NCBI GenBank assembly: GCA_963727445.1
Contig: CAVSGI010000010.1
Span: forward strand, 832,001-896,000
Length of the DNA: 64,000 nt
Reading direction: 5' to 3'
From: an uncultured delta proteobacterium
GTDB taxonomy: Bacteria; Myxococcota_A; Polyangia; Polyangiales; B10-G4
Within the stretch, counting starts at the first letter, position 1, and every line of letters starts with the position of its first letter. Position numbers and translations under genes: made by a program. Below, one piece after another: positions 54,588 to 64,000 of this stretch. The notes below the pieces were generated by a model that was given only the letters and a program-made list of their open reading frames with translations, did no database searches and had not been told where the DNA came from.

Positions 54588-56138
54588 TCAAGCCTGCGCG
54601 TCGACGGCGTCGGCGCGCGCCGGGCGAAACACGGAGAGCAGGGAGCGAAGGCCATCGACGAGGGCCTCGGTCGGCTCGGCCTTCGAGTCCAGTCGATACC
54701 CGCCGCGCGGACGCCCCTCCCGGTCCTCGAGCCAGACCGTCGCCGACTCGCCCTCGGGTCCGCGGAGCTCGACCTCTGCACGTGCCCCGTCGGGCCGGAC
54801 GCGGACGTCAGCGAGGGCGAGCGACCCGAAAGGAGCCGCCCCCCGAATCTTTCTCAGGCGTGCAGCGATGCTCGCGCGGAGCGGCACGGCCGCGTCGTCA
54901 CCCACCGGATGGATCGCCGGATGCCCGGCTCTCTCGAGCGCTCGGCCGAGCGCACGCAGAGCGGGGAGGTGGGTGCGGTCGCCGTCGACGCCGAGCGGGC
55001 GGTGGAGGGTCACGTCCCCGTAGCGAGCGAACCCGTCCGGATGCGCGCGCCCGCGCAGCGCGACGCAAAGGTCCGGCGCCGAGCGCAGCGTGAGGACGAC
55101 CTCCTGATCGGAGGGCGCGTGCCACTGCCACGCGTCGTCGAGCGCGCTCTCGAGGCCGGAGAGACCGAGCGCGAGATGGCGTTGTGCGCCATCCACCTCC
55201 GCGAGCTGCTTCGCGGTGATCGGGACGAGCACCTCCGTGCCATGAAAACGCGCGTAGGTTTCGAAGACGCCGCTGCAACGCGAATCGAAGACGCACGTTG
55301 CACAAGACGGCGGCTTGATCTTGTCTTTGCGTTTGACGAAGTACTTGTTCCAGGGACGACTGAGCTGATCGTCGCCGTCGATGGCGATGGTCTCGGTGGT
55401 CTCGCCGTCGTGGTGGATCACGTGTGCGAGCCGGGGCGCCACACAGTAAGGGAGGTTGCCGATGTTGACGTCGAACCCCTCCTCGAATCCGTCCACCATC
55501 CGCTCGAGCGCGGGCGCCATCCGGCTCAGCTCGGGCATCAGCGCGCGAAGCTCCTCTTCACTCCGCTCTCCCGCATCGTTGGGCCGCATCAGGTCGAGGT
55601 GGAGCTGGGAGACGCCGTAGGGAGCGAGGAGCGCGGGGAATCTGTCCACCGACGCGTAGTTCGACCCGACCACGCACATGTTGACGGTGATGCGCTGGCC
55701 CTTCTTCGCGAGGTGCTCGAGAGTACGGATGATGCGCGCGAAGGAGCCGGCCTTCCGAGTCGTCGCCTCGTGGGTCTCCTCGGTCGCGCCCTGAATCGAG
55801 ATCCGAAAGGTGAAGTTGCCCCCGGTGGCGAGGATGTCGTCGATGACCGCCTCACGCGCGGTCTTCACGCCGTTGGTGAAGATGACGATCTCGGAAAAAC
55901 CCAGCGCGACGCATTCGCGGACCACGTCCATGAACCCTGGCTGCAACGTCGGCTCGCCGCCGAGGAGCGTGATCTTGTCGTGGCCTCGCTCCCGCGCCTC
56001 GCGGATGCGGGCGAGGATCGGCTCGGTGGGGAGGGGCAACGCTTCTCCCATCCCCGTGCGCTGCCCACTCACGCAGAAGAGGCACCGGTTGTTGCACATG
56101 TGGCCGAGCTGGATCTCGACCTGGTGCTTGGGCTCCAC
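54588..56138 (-). CDS. Radical SAM protein (HxsC-like) with Cys-rich auxiliary motif and long C-terminal extension
   Basis: CNNRCLFC (CxxxCxxC), GGEPT, TNG, NLPYC, CATCVFDSRCSG. Confidence 0.85.
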   Translation of the reverse strand: MEPKHQVEIQLGHMCNNRCLFCVSGQRTGMGEALPLPTEPILARIREARERGHDKITLLGGEPTLQPGFMDVVRECVALGFSEIVIFTNGVKTAREAVIDDILATGGNFTFRISIQGATEETHEATTRKAGSFARIIRTLEHLAKKGQRITVNMCVVGSNYASVDRFPALLAPYGVSQLHLDLMRPNDAGERSEEELRALMPELSRMAPALERMVDGFEEGFDVNIGNLPYCVAPRLAHVIHHDGETTETIAIDGDDQLSRPWNKYFVKRKDKIKPPSCATCVFDSRCSGVFETYARFHGTEVLVPITAKQLAEVDGAQRHLALGLSGLESALDDAWQWHAPSDQEVVLTLRSAPDLCVALRGRAHPDGFARYGDVTLHRPLGVDGDRTHLPALRALGRALERAGHPAIHPVGDDAAVPLRASIAARLRKIRGAAPFGSLALADVRVRPDGARAEVELRGPEGESATVWLEDREGRPRGGYRLDSKAEPTEALVDGLRSLLSVFRPARADAVDAQA

Positions 56139-56185
56139 CCCCCTAGGTTAGCAGGTCTGTCGGACGGGTCAGTGGGCGCCTCGGC

Positions 56186-56737
56186 TCAGCGCTTCTTCTT
56201 TTTCTGGCCACGTCCCTGTACCGGCGGGAGTCGATGGGAGCTCGTGAGCTGCTCCCAGGTGGGCTCGACGTTGGCCTTGGGAACGGTGAGCACCCGGAGC
56301 CGGAACACCACGCGGGTGACCGTCGAGGTGCTCACGTAGCCCTTTCGGGCATCGTGATACTCGAACACCGCCTCGGTGTTGGGGCGCGGCAGAGGGAAGG
56401 TCATCTCCATCCCCTCTTCGGTCTGCACCTGTCCCCCGGCGAGCACCGCGCCGAGGAGCGCGTGGGTCGGGTCGGGCTTGCTCGTCTTGCGGTCGATGAC
56501 TTCGATGCAGGTCATCGTCCAATCGACGACGTAGATGCGGTTGCGGGTCCAGACCTCGACCGCTTTCCACTGCTCGGTGGACATGCCCGCCTGGCCGCGC
56601 TCGTACACCAGCTCGACCTCCACGAAAGGTGGAGGGCTGATCTCGGTCTTGTCGATGCCTTCGAAGTCGTTGGATCCGGAATGCGACACGGTATGAGGGA
56701 TGTTACCTGAGGCGGGAGCGTCGGGGACGCCGCGCAT
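56186..56737 (-). CDS. Hypothetical protein
   Basis: ORF with coding-like codon use and a purine-rich AGGGGAGG upstream. Confidence 0.6.
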   Translation of the reverse strand: MRGVPDAPASGNIPHTVSHSGSNDFEGIDKTEISPPPFVEVELVYERGQAGMSTEQWKAVEVWTRNRIYVVDWTMTCIEVIDRKTSKPDPTHALLGAVLAGGQVQTEEGMEMTFPLPRPNTEAVFEYHDARKGYVSTSTVTRVVFRLRVLTVPKANVEPTWEQLTSSHRLPPVQGRGQKKKKR

Positions 56738-56812
56738 CGTGGGTTGGCCTCGGCCTCCCCTTTTTCGCCCTGACACCGAGTCACAGTACACGAAAACGCG
56801 GCCTTCGGACGC

Positions 56813-58735
56813 TCACGCGTCCTTCTTTTCTTCCAGCTCCTCCCACCGCGACAGCAGCGAGGCGAGTGCTTCGCGCGCGGTATCCGCCGCTGCGTTCAAT
56901 GCGGGGACCTCGGCGCCCCGCTTGGCGTAGAGCTCGGGATCGGCCAGCTCGGCCTCGAGGCGCGCGACCTCCGCCTCCTGCACCTCGATCTTCGGCATGA
57001 TCTCTCGGAGCTCGATCTCCTCGCCGTAGGTGAGCCCCTTCTTCGCGCGGGGCTTGTCAGGCGTGCTCGACGTGGGCCGGCTCACTTCACGCTCCTGTCG
57101 CGTGCGCGCCCGCGCCGCCTCGCGCGCCCGCTGATAGTCGCTGTATCCCCCCGCGTGTCGGACGACCTCGCCCCCTTCTTCGAAAGCCAGGATCGAGGTC
57201 GCGATACGATCGAGGAAGTAGCGGTCGTGGGTCACCACCAGCGCCGTGGCCCCCTTTTCGAGGAGCATCTCCTCGACCGCGCCGAGCGTCGCGACGTCGA
57301 GATCGTTCGTCGGCTCGTCGAAGAGGAAGAGGCTCGCCGGAGAGAGCATCAGCTTGGCCAGCGCCACCCGTGCACGTTCGCCTCCCGAGAGCGCCGCCAG
57401 CTTCTTCTGCTGGACGTCCGCCGAAAAGAGGAAGCGGTCGAGCCACGCCACGAGGGGCACCGTTCGGTCCCCGACGGTGACCACGTCGGCTCCGGGCGCC
57501 ACGTTGTCCCGAACCGAGAGCGACTCGTCGAGCTCGGATCGGCCCTGGTCGAAGTAGGCCAGGGTCGTCCGCTTGCCGAGCACCACCCGCCCTGCCGCCG
57601 GCTCCACCTCGCCCAGGATGACGCGGAGCAGCGTCGTCTTCCCCGCACCGTTCGGGCCGACGATCCCGATCCGCTCGCCCTTCTGGACGATGAGGGACAG
57701 ACCATCGATCAGGCGCCGCCCCGAGTCGTCGGGGACGTCCACCGACAGATCCTCCAGCGTCACTACCTTCTTGCTGCTCTCTTCGGTGGAGAGCGAAAGC
57801 CCGCTCACCTCTTCGCGCCGGAGCGCGGGCGCCGCATCACGCGCGGTCTCCGCGCGCTCGATCCGTGCCTTCTGCTTGGTCGTGCGTGCCTTGGGGCTTC
57901 GTCGCAGCCACTCGAGCTCTCGACGCAGGAAGTTCTGCCTGTTCTGCTCGGTGCGCTCTTCGTAGGCGAGCCGCTCGGCCTTCGCCTCGAGGTAGGACGA
58001 CCAGCCACCTTCGTAGTCGAAGAGCCGCGCCCGATCGAGCTCCAGCGTTCGCGTGCAGACCGCATCGAGCAGGTACCGGTCGTGCGTCACCAGGAGCAGT
58101 GACCCGTGGTAGTCGTCGCGAAGATACCCTTCGAGCCACTCGACCGTGTCCGCGTCGAGATGGTTGGTGGGCTCGTCGAGGATCGCGAGCGTCGGCTCGC
58201 TGATAAGGATGCGCGCGAGCGCGACGCGACGCTTCTCGCCGCCGCTCATGGTCGAAACGCGCTGAGCCGGATCGCGCACCCCGAGGCGCTCGAGCATCGC
58301 GTCGGCCGCATGGCCACGGGAGAATCCTCCTTCGCGCTCCACCGCGGCTGCGGCATTCCCCTGTGCCGTGACCAGCTCCGCCGCGTCGCCCCCGCCCTCT
58401 TCGAGCGCGCGGGTGGCGCGCTCGAAGTCGTCCATCGCCTGCTGCCAGAGCGCGAGCCCGCTCATCACCGCCGCATGCGCGGTGAGATCCCCGTCGAAGC
58501 GCGGCACCTGCGCGAGGTAAGCGATGTCTGCGTCCTTGCGTCGCGCCACCTCACCCTCGTCTGGCGAATCGATCCCCGCGAGGATTCGAGACAGGGTGCT
58601 CTTGCCCGAGCCGTTGATCCCGAGCAGCCCCACCCGCTCGCCGTCGTGAATGGAGACGTTCACCCCGTCCAGGAGGGTTCGAGCGCCGAATGCCTTCCTC
58701 AAATCACGGGCGACGACGATGGGTGCGCTGGCCAT
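56813..58735 (-). CDS. uup: ABC-F family ATPase (Uup-like)
   Basis: Two ABC domains (GINGSGKST/SGGE/DEPTNHLD and GPNGAGKTT/LSGGE/DEPTNDLD), linker PKARTTKQKAR, coiled-coil C-terminus ending RWEELE. Confidence 0.9.
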   Translation of the reverse strand: MASAPIVVARDLRKAFGARTLLDGVNVSIHDGERVGLLGINGSGKSTLSRILAGIDSPDEGEVARRKDADIAYLAQVPRFDGDLTAHAAVMSGLALWQQAMDDFERATRALEEGGGDAAELVTAQGNAAAAVEREGGFSRGHAADAMLERLGVRDPAQRVSTMSGGEKRRVALARILISEPTLAILDEPTNHLDADTVEWLEGYLRDDYHGSLLLVTHDRYLLDAVCTRTLELDRARLFDYEGGWSSYLEAKAERLAYEERTEQNRQNFLRRELEWLRRSPKARTTKQKARIERAETARDAAPALRREEVSGLSLSTEESSKKVVTLEDLSVDVPDDSGRRLIDGLSLIVQKGERIGIVGPNGAGKTTLLRVILGEVEPAAGRVVLGKRTTLAYFDQGRSELDESLSVRDNVAPGADVVTVGDRTVPLVAWLDRFLFSADVQQKKLAALSGGERARVALAKLMLSPASLFLFDEPTNDLDVATLGAVEEMLLEKGATALVVTHDRYFLDRIATSILAFEEGGEVVRHAGGYSDYQRAREAARARTRQEREVSRPTSSTPDKPRAKKGLTYGEEIELREIMPKIEVQEAEVARLEAELADPELYAKRGAEVPALNAAADTAREALASLLSRWEELEEKKDA

Positions 58736-58771
58736 TATCCTCGTATTTTCGGACAGATGCGCCCGAGCGCC

Positions 58772-59881
58772 TCAGGCAGCCGACGCCGAGGGCGCCTCCG
58801 ATTCGGTGGCGCCGAGGGCGCTGCCCGAGCGCTCGAGGGAGAGCTTGCCGTGTGCGTCGAGGTCCAGGGCTTCGGAGGGAAGGCGTGCGAGGTGACGCTC
58901 GGCGATGGAGAGGATCTCGTCGGTAGTGGGCGCGCGGAGCGCCTCCGTCATGAACGCGCGATCGTCACCGACGGCGCGTCCCACGTAACGCACCAGCTCC
59001 TTCATCTTGCCGACGCTTTTTCGATAGGTCGCATCATAGCGACGCCGAACGTCCACCAGATGCGCAACCAGCTCTTCGCCTGTCGGGTCGTGCGGCGTGG
59101 CGCCGCGGCGGAGGTCGTGCACCTGTTGAAAGATCCACGGGTTGCGCAACGCGGGACGTCCGAGCATCACCGCTGCGCATCCGGTCTCGCGCTGCATTCG
59201 CAGAACGTCGGCCGCGTACCAGACGTCGCCGTTGCCGACGACGGGGATGCGGAGCGCATCGTTCAAGACGCGCACGATTCGCCAGTCGGCGACGCCACGA
59301 TAGAAGTCCGCGCGCCTGCGCGGGTGCACCACGATGAAGTCCGCACCCGCCTTCTGCACGACCTCCGCGATCGCCACCACCGTGCTCTTGTCGTCGAAGC
59401 CGGCGCGGATCTTCGCCGAGAGCATGCCCGGCACCCGGGCGCGCATCTGCGACAGCACGTCGTAGAGGAGCTCCGGGTCCTCGAGCATCGCCGCGCCCAC
59501 GCCCTTCTTCACCACCCGCGGCATCGGGCAGCCCAGGTTCACGTCGACCACGTCGGCGCCCGCCGCGGCGACCACACCGGCCGCTTCCGCCATCTTTTCG
59601 GCATCTTTGCCCATCACCTGGACGGACAGCGGCACGCCCGGCGCCTTGACGACCTCGCGCGCGAGCGCGGTCACCGAGAGCGGCGCGCGGCTGATTCGAA
59701 CGAACTCGGTGCACACGACGCCGACGCCGCCGCGCTCGGCGGTGAGCGCGCGGAACATGGGATGGGTGACGCCCTCCATGGGCGCGAGCATCGTGGGGTG
59801 TGCGAAGGGCCAACGGGTGAAACGCACTTCGGCTTCGCGGGCCGGGATGCGCGCGGCGCGCTTCTCGATGTCGGAAGCCAT
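58772..59881 (-). CDS. tRNA-dihydrouridine synthase family protein
   Basis: LAPMEGVT, VNLGCP, GAAML, KIRAG, VHPR, NGDV, MLGRPALRNPWIF. Confidence 0.92.
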   Translation of the reverse strand: MASDIEKRAARIPAREAEVRFTRWPFAHPTMLAPMEGVTHPMFRALTAERGGVGVVCTEFVRISRAPLSVTALAREVVKAPGVPLSVQVMGKDAEKMAEAAGVVAAAGADVVDVNLGCPMPRVVKKGVGAAMLEDPELLYDVLSQMRARVPGMLSAKIRAGFDDKSTVVAIAEVVQKAGADFIVVHPRRRADFYRGVADWRIVRVLNDALRIPVVGNGDVWYAADVLRMQRETGCAAVMLGRPALRNPWIFQQVHDLRRGATPHDPTGEELVAHLVDVRRRYDATYRKSVGKMKELVRYVGRAVGDDRAFMTEALRAPTTDEILSIAERHLARLPSEALDLDAHGKLSLERSGSALGATESEAPSASAA

Positions 59882-60080
59882 GCTCACGCGTCCGACTTAG
59901 CACGGGGTCGTGGCCGGAGCATCAGTGCCCCCTCGACGTCGGCGATGACCGATCGGGCAGCGCGGCCCGGGTTGGATCATCTTGGATTGTTGGGGTGATG
60001 GTGGCGTCAGGGATCCACCCACGCAATCTGTGCGCGTTTCTTGTAGGCTTCCCCTCGTGAGCCGCACAATCGAATGGATC

Positions 60081-61409
60081 ATGTCGGGGACTCTCAAAGG
60101 CACTGGTTTGGTGGGATTCGCTCTCGCCCTTTTCTGTTGTGTTCCGAGCCAGAGCCGAGGTGAGCCCCCGGACGACACCGCCGCACCCCCGGCGCGAAAC
60201 GGGCAGGTCGCCGCTTCCTCCGGTAGCGAGTCGGGCCACGTCCCGGGACCCGCGCGCACGGAGGACAATCCCCTCATCGATCCGGTCTCCGAGCAGGGCC
60301 AGCTGGCCCGCGGCATGTACATCACCGGCCCCTTCGTGCGGGTTTTGGGGGTGGAGGCGATCATCGAGCGGGTCCGCGCCGCCCGCCTGAGCGCCGTGGT
60401 CATCGACCTCAAGGACGGGGCGGGGCGGGTCACTTACGACACCGACATCGAGATCCTCGAGCCCCAGCAGCAGAATTTCCTGGGGGATGCGCCGGCTCTC
60501 ATCCAGCGCCTCAAGGCCGAGGGGATCTACACCATCGCGCGGATCGTCTGCTTCGCCGACCCTCAGCTGCCCGCCCGGCACCCCGAGCGCGCCATCATGG
60601 ACAACCGCCCCAACCGGCGGGAGCGGCCCTGGCGAAGCTGGGGGACGGCCGGGACCTGGCTCGATCCCTACAACAGCCTCAACCACGACATGGTGATCGA
60701 GATCGCCGCCGAGGCGGAGGAGATCGGCTTCGACGAGGTGCAGCTCGACTACGTGCGTTGGCCGGTCGACGACGGCACACAGTACGCGCGCTACCCTGCC
60801 GAGACCCCCGAGTCGCCCGAGCGTTGGGAGGTGCTCAAGGGATTCCTCGGTCGCATGGATCAACGACTGCACATTCCGATCGGCTGCGACGTCTTCGGCC
60901 TCACCGCTTTCGACTTCGGCAACCCACTGCCGCTCGGTCAGAAGCTCGACGAGTGGGCGGAGTACGTCGAGGTGTTCTCGCCGATGCTCTACGTCAACGC
61001 GATGAAGACATGGGGTCGCGGTGAACCGGATCGCGATCGCCGTCTGATCGAGGCAGGCGTCACCCAGCTGCGTCATCGCCTTGGTCCCCAGCCGATCATC
61101 CGACCCTTCCTCCAGGCCTTCGCCGAGGGCGCCGACGATCCGGGTCCTGGCTTCATCGCACGACAGATCCGTGGCGCCCGCCGCGGTGGCGCGGACGGCT
61201 ACCTCTTCTGGCACCCCGGCTCCCGCTACGGAATGCTCTATCGCGAAGCCCACGGGGCGGCGCGAAGCGAAAACCGACCCTTCCCCATCGAGCGTCGTCG
61301 CCGCGCACGCGAAGCCGCGATCGCGGACCGTCGAAACTCGGAGAGCAGCGAGCCCGAGCCGCGGGGTCGCCGGCGCCGGAGTCCCGAGCGCCGCAGCCAT
61401 CGGCACTGA
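60081..61409 (+). CDS. Putative glycoside hydrolase (DUF4015-like TIM barrel)
   Basis: VVIDLKD, YTIARIVCFAD, WLDPY, GFDEVQLDYVRWP, DVFG, SPMLY, RPFLQAF. Confidence 0.8.
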   Translation: MSGTLKGTGLVGFALALFCCVPSQSRGEPPDDTAAPPARNGQVAASSGSESGHVPGPARTEDNPLIDPVSEQGQLARGMYITGPFVRVLGVEAIIERVRAARLSAVVIDLKDGAGRVTYDTDIEILEPQQQNFLGDAPALIQRLKAEGIYTIARIVCFADPQLPARHPERAIMDNRPNRRERPWRSWGTAGTWLDPYNSLNHDMVIEIAAEAEEIGFDEVQLDYVRWPVDDGTQYARYPAETPESPERWEVLKGFLGRMDQRLHIPIGCDVFGLTAFDFGNPLPLGQKLDEWAEYVEVFSPMLYVNAMKTWGRGEPDRDRRLIEAGVTQLRHRLGPQPIIRPFLQAFAEGADDPGPGFIARQIRGARRGGADGYLFWHPGSRYGMLYREAHGAARSENRPFPIERRRRAREAAIADRRNSESSEPEPRGRRRRSPERRSHRH

Positions 61410-61461
61410 CTATCTCGGGGAAAAGCAGGCTCTCTCCGTGCGCGAAGCACGCGGATGCGCC

Positions 61462-62079
61462 ATGCTGAATTTCGTGAACAGCCCATCGGCCTCGGAGCCC
61501 CCGCCCCCGTTGACCCTGCCGGGTCCGGGAGACGAACGGGCCCCGAAACGGCTGCGAGGGCTCCTTTTCGTGCTGCTCTTCCTGGGCGCCAGCGTTCCCC
61601 TGGCGCTGTGGGTCGACTCCCTGGGCGGACCGGAGGCTTTCGCCGCGCGATATGGTCTCGCCGCACCCTTCGTCACGGTGCCGATCCACGCGGTGCTCTC
61701 GGTCACGCCCTTCCCCAGCGAGCTCTTCGTCCTGGCGAACGGGACGGCCTATGGGTGGCTCTGGGGCGGTCTGCTCGGCTGGCTCGGGTGGAGCCTCGCT
61801 TCGATGATGGAGTACGCGCTCGCCGCGCGAACCGCGACCGACCTCGACCTCGACGCCCAGATCGCGAAGCTTCCCGCGCGATTGCAGAAGCTCCCCATCG
61901 ACCACCCGCTCTTCCTGATCCTCGGTCGACAGGTCCCCTTCGGCTTTCACGTCGTGAACATCCTGGCCGGCGTGAAGCGGATCAGCCCCTGGCGTCACCT
62001 CTGGTGCTCGGCGGTCGGCTCGGTCCCGGGCGCGATCCTCTACGCCGGCCTCGGCGCCGGTGTGCTCTCGCTCCTCTGA
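61462..62079 (+). CDS. DedA/TVP38 (VTT domain) membrane protein
   Basis: PFPSE..ANGTAYG, RQVPFGFHVVNILAG, hydrophobic throughout. Confidence 0.8.
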   Translation: MLNFVNSPSASEPPPPLTLPGPGDERAPKRLRGLLFVLLFLGASVPLALWVDSLGGPEAFAARYGLAAPFVTVPIHAVLSVTPFPSELFVLANGTAYGWLWGGLLGWLGWSLASMMEYALAARTATDLDLDAQIAKLPARLQKLPIDHPLFLILGRQVPFGFHVVNILAGVKRISPWRHLWCSAVGSVPGAILYAGLGAGVLSLL

Positions 62080-62086
62080 GCGCGCC

Positions 62087-62395
62087 TCAACCGAAGAAGC
62101 GAAGCCCGCCCAGGAGCGAGACCGCGGTCAGCACCGAGGAGACGAACCAGATCATGACCCCGTCGATGCGTCGGAGCTCGGGCTCCTCGGTGCGCCAGCT
62201 GTCGATGCGGGCCTCGGCTGCGCGACGAACCCGGTCCACCGACCACATCAGCTCGCCCAGGGCTTCGCTCAGCGCCGGGCCGGGACCTCGGTAGGTGTCC
62301 TGCGAGCTGATCTCTCGCCGACGCTCCCGGGTGGTCTCGAGAAACTTGGTGGGCTCGCTCTCCAGCTCCAGAAAGGCGAAGTCGCGACCGGCCAT
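62087..62395 (-). CDS. Small hypothetical protein with C-terminal TM segment
   Basis: 102 aa ORF with a hydrophobic C-terminus. Confidence 0.45.
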   Translation of the reverse strand: MAGRDFAFLELESEPTKFLETTRERRREISSQDTYRGPGPALSEALGELMWSVDRVRRAAEARIDSWRTEEPELRRIDGVMIWFVSSVLTAVSLLGGLRFFG

Positions 62396-62503
62396 GCCTC
62401 ATCGTCCTTCAAGCGCCGTACCAGTGAAAAAAACCAATGCTCCTCGACGCCGAGGGGGCTGGCTGGGGACTCCAAGTGGCGGATCTCGGGTCCGCACACC
62501 CCA

Positions 62504-64000
62504 TCAGTAGAGTCCAGGAGGTGGGCGGCCGTCGCTCAGGAAGCGGCGCGCGACCTCTGCGAAGCGGCGATGGTCGCGCTCGGGGCGGCGCGGGACCACG
62601 TAGGCGAGCAGCGCCTCCAGGTAGATCGGGTCGGGCTCGGTCTCATCGCGACTGAGCCGATGGAGGGACTCGGTCATCTTGATCCCGTGCGCGTATCGGA
62701 TCGGCCGAACCGCCATGTCGAAGGCGGCGAAGGACGCGAGGGTGGTGAAAGCTCGGGCGCGCGCTTCGGGGGTGGCGCCCCGCACCGCGCCGAGGGCCGC
62801 TGGCAGATCGCGCGCCTCGAGGGCGGACGCGAGGGTCCTCTCGCTGGCCGTCGCTTCGGGCGGGGACGTCGCATCGCCCTTGCGAACCTTCCCGACGAAG
62901 CCCACCGCCTGGATGGCGAGTCGCCGCTGGGCGGCAGGTGAAGCCAAAGGCGAGAGCGCGATGCAGGCCTCGGCGAAGGTCACGACGTGGGTCACGTTCA
63001 GGACGGTGGCGTTGCTGTCGCGCCGGCGCTCCCACGCACCGTCGAAACGACGGACGCGATGGGCTCCTGCCCTCGCGGCCGCCCAGATGAGACCGAGCGG
63101 GGAAAAGCCCTCCGCGAGGAGCGCCACGGCCGCCTCCACACCGGGTCGCTCCCCTCTGAGGATCGCCTCTTCGAAGACGCGTCGCGCGTCGCCGGCGAGC
63201 CTTCGCGATCCGATGGGCACGTTCGCCTCCTCGACCGCCGCGAGGGCCTGACGGGTCGCCGCCCACGGCGGCAGCCCGGTCTCGCGCGTGGCCCAACCGA
63301 GCGCGTGGGTCAGGGCGCCGAAGAGATCCTCCGCGGCTTCGGGGAAGCGCTGGGCGAGCTCGAAGGCCTTCGCGAGGTAGATGGCCCCGTGGCCGTAGTC
63401 GAGGAGGTGGGAGGCCACGAAGGGCACGAGCGCTTTGGCGGCTGCCGCCGCCCCCTCCTCTTTCACCATCACCCGCACCCGCGCCTCCGCCATTTCGCGG
63501 CGCTCCTCCTCGAGGTCCGACTCAGGCGCGCCCGGCGGCAACGCACCCCTCGGGACCTCGCGCACCTCGAGATGCGCGCACTCCTCGGCGACGGCGGTGA
63601 TGGCGAGGGAGAGCGCCGCATCGGCGTCCACCCATCCTATCGCCGCCCATCGCGCGAGGTCCGCGGTCATCGCCAGGGGGTGGTCGAAACCCCAGGGAGC
63701 GCGCCGCGCGCCATCGGCGACCACCGCCGCGAAGGCCGAAGGCCGGCCGCCGCCGTCCCCCGCGAGCGCGCTGAGACGAAGCGCGTCGCGCAGAGCGCTG
63801 GTGACGTCGACCTCGCGGAGGGTTCGCCCCATCGAGGCGAGGAGGCGGGTGCGCTCGGCGACGGCGTCGATGGCCGGGTCGATGAGCACGCGCCCGCGCT
63901 CGATCCGCACCGGATAGCGTCGCACCGCTTCCCCACCGAAGACGCAGTCACCGGAGCATCCGTCGAACTTCCAGTTGTGCCAGGCGCAGGTGAGCACCCC
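62504..64000 (-). CDS. Rieske [2Fe-2S] domain protein with long helical C-terminus, truncated at window end
   Basis: LTCAWHNWKFD second Rieske motif and YPVRIERGRVLI; 5' end lies outside the window. Confidence 0.75.
   Translation of the reverse strand, partial: GVLTCAWHNWKFDGCSGDCVFGGEAVRRYPVRIERGRVLIDPAIDAVAERTRLLASMGRTLREVDVTSALRDALRLSALAGDGGGRPSAFAAVVADGARRAPWGFDHPLAMTADLARWAAIGWVDADAALSLAITAVAEECAHLEVREVPRGALPPGAPESDLEEERREMAEARVRVMVKEEGAAAAAKALVPFVASHLLDYGHGAIYLAKAFELAQRFPEAAEDLFGALTHALGWATRETGLPPWAATRQALAAVEEANVPIGSRRLAGDARRVFEEAILRGERPGVEAAVALLAEGFSPLGLIWAAARAGAHRVRRFDGAWERRRDSNATVLNVTHVVTFAEACIALSPLASPAAQRRLAIQAVGFVGKVRKGDATSPPEATASERTLASALEARDLPAALGAVRGATPEARARAFTTLASFAAFDMAVRPIRYAHGIKMTESLHRLSRDETEPDPIYLEALLAYVVPRRPERDHRRFAEVARRFLSDGRPPPGLY

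Noticed and set aside
62427..62457. Possible intrinsic terminator after the Rieske gene (minus strand)
   Set aside because: The stem is imperfect and the T-run is separated from it by 6 nt; too weak to call.

Overview
High-GC, gene-dense window. Its many Cys/Asp-linker lipoproteins, poly-HAMP kinase and sigma54 activator suggest a myxobacterium (Polyangia/Sandaracinaceae-like; this is inference). The main candidate for an undescribed system is an 11-gene, translationally coupled operon (592-10341). It encodes a complete dissociated (type II) acyl-chain synthase: KS with intact Cys, AT, KR, DH, two FabL-like enoyl reductases and one ACP. The same operon carries a beta-branching cassette (HMG-CoA-synthase-like plus two ECH) and a serine-palmitoyltransferase-like alpha-oxoamine synthase. 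No modular PKS is present in the window, so it plausibly makes a methyl-branched aminolipid or sphingoid base. Next come a hybrid-kinase operon with a frameshift-broken poly-HAMP kinase and a FIST protein. A lysyl-oxidase lipoprotein sits behind a sigma54-like promoter with palindromic operator sites, beside a FOXRED2-like flavoprotein, a group II amino-acid decarboxylase and a sigma54 activator. The rest includes a YhaO/YhaN nuclease-ATPase pair, a cNMP-uridine kinase fusion, three tandem beta-helix lipoproteins, an acyl-CoA carboxylase pair, an amidase, an orphan radical SAM, an ABC-F ATPase, Dus and a truncated Rieske protein. I recognised no rRNA, tRNA, CRISPR array or mobile element. All family calls come from motif recognition by eye, not database searches.
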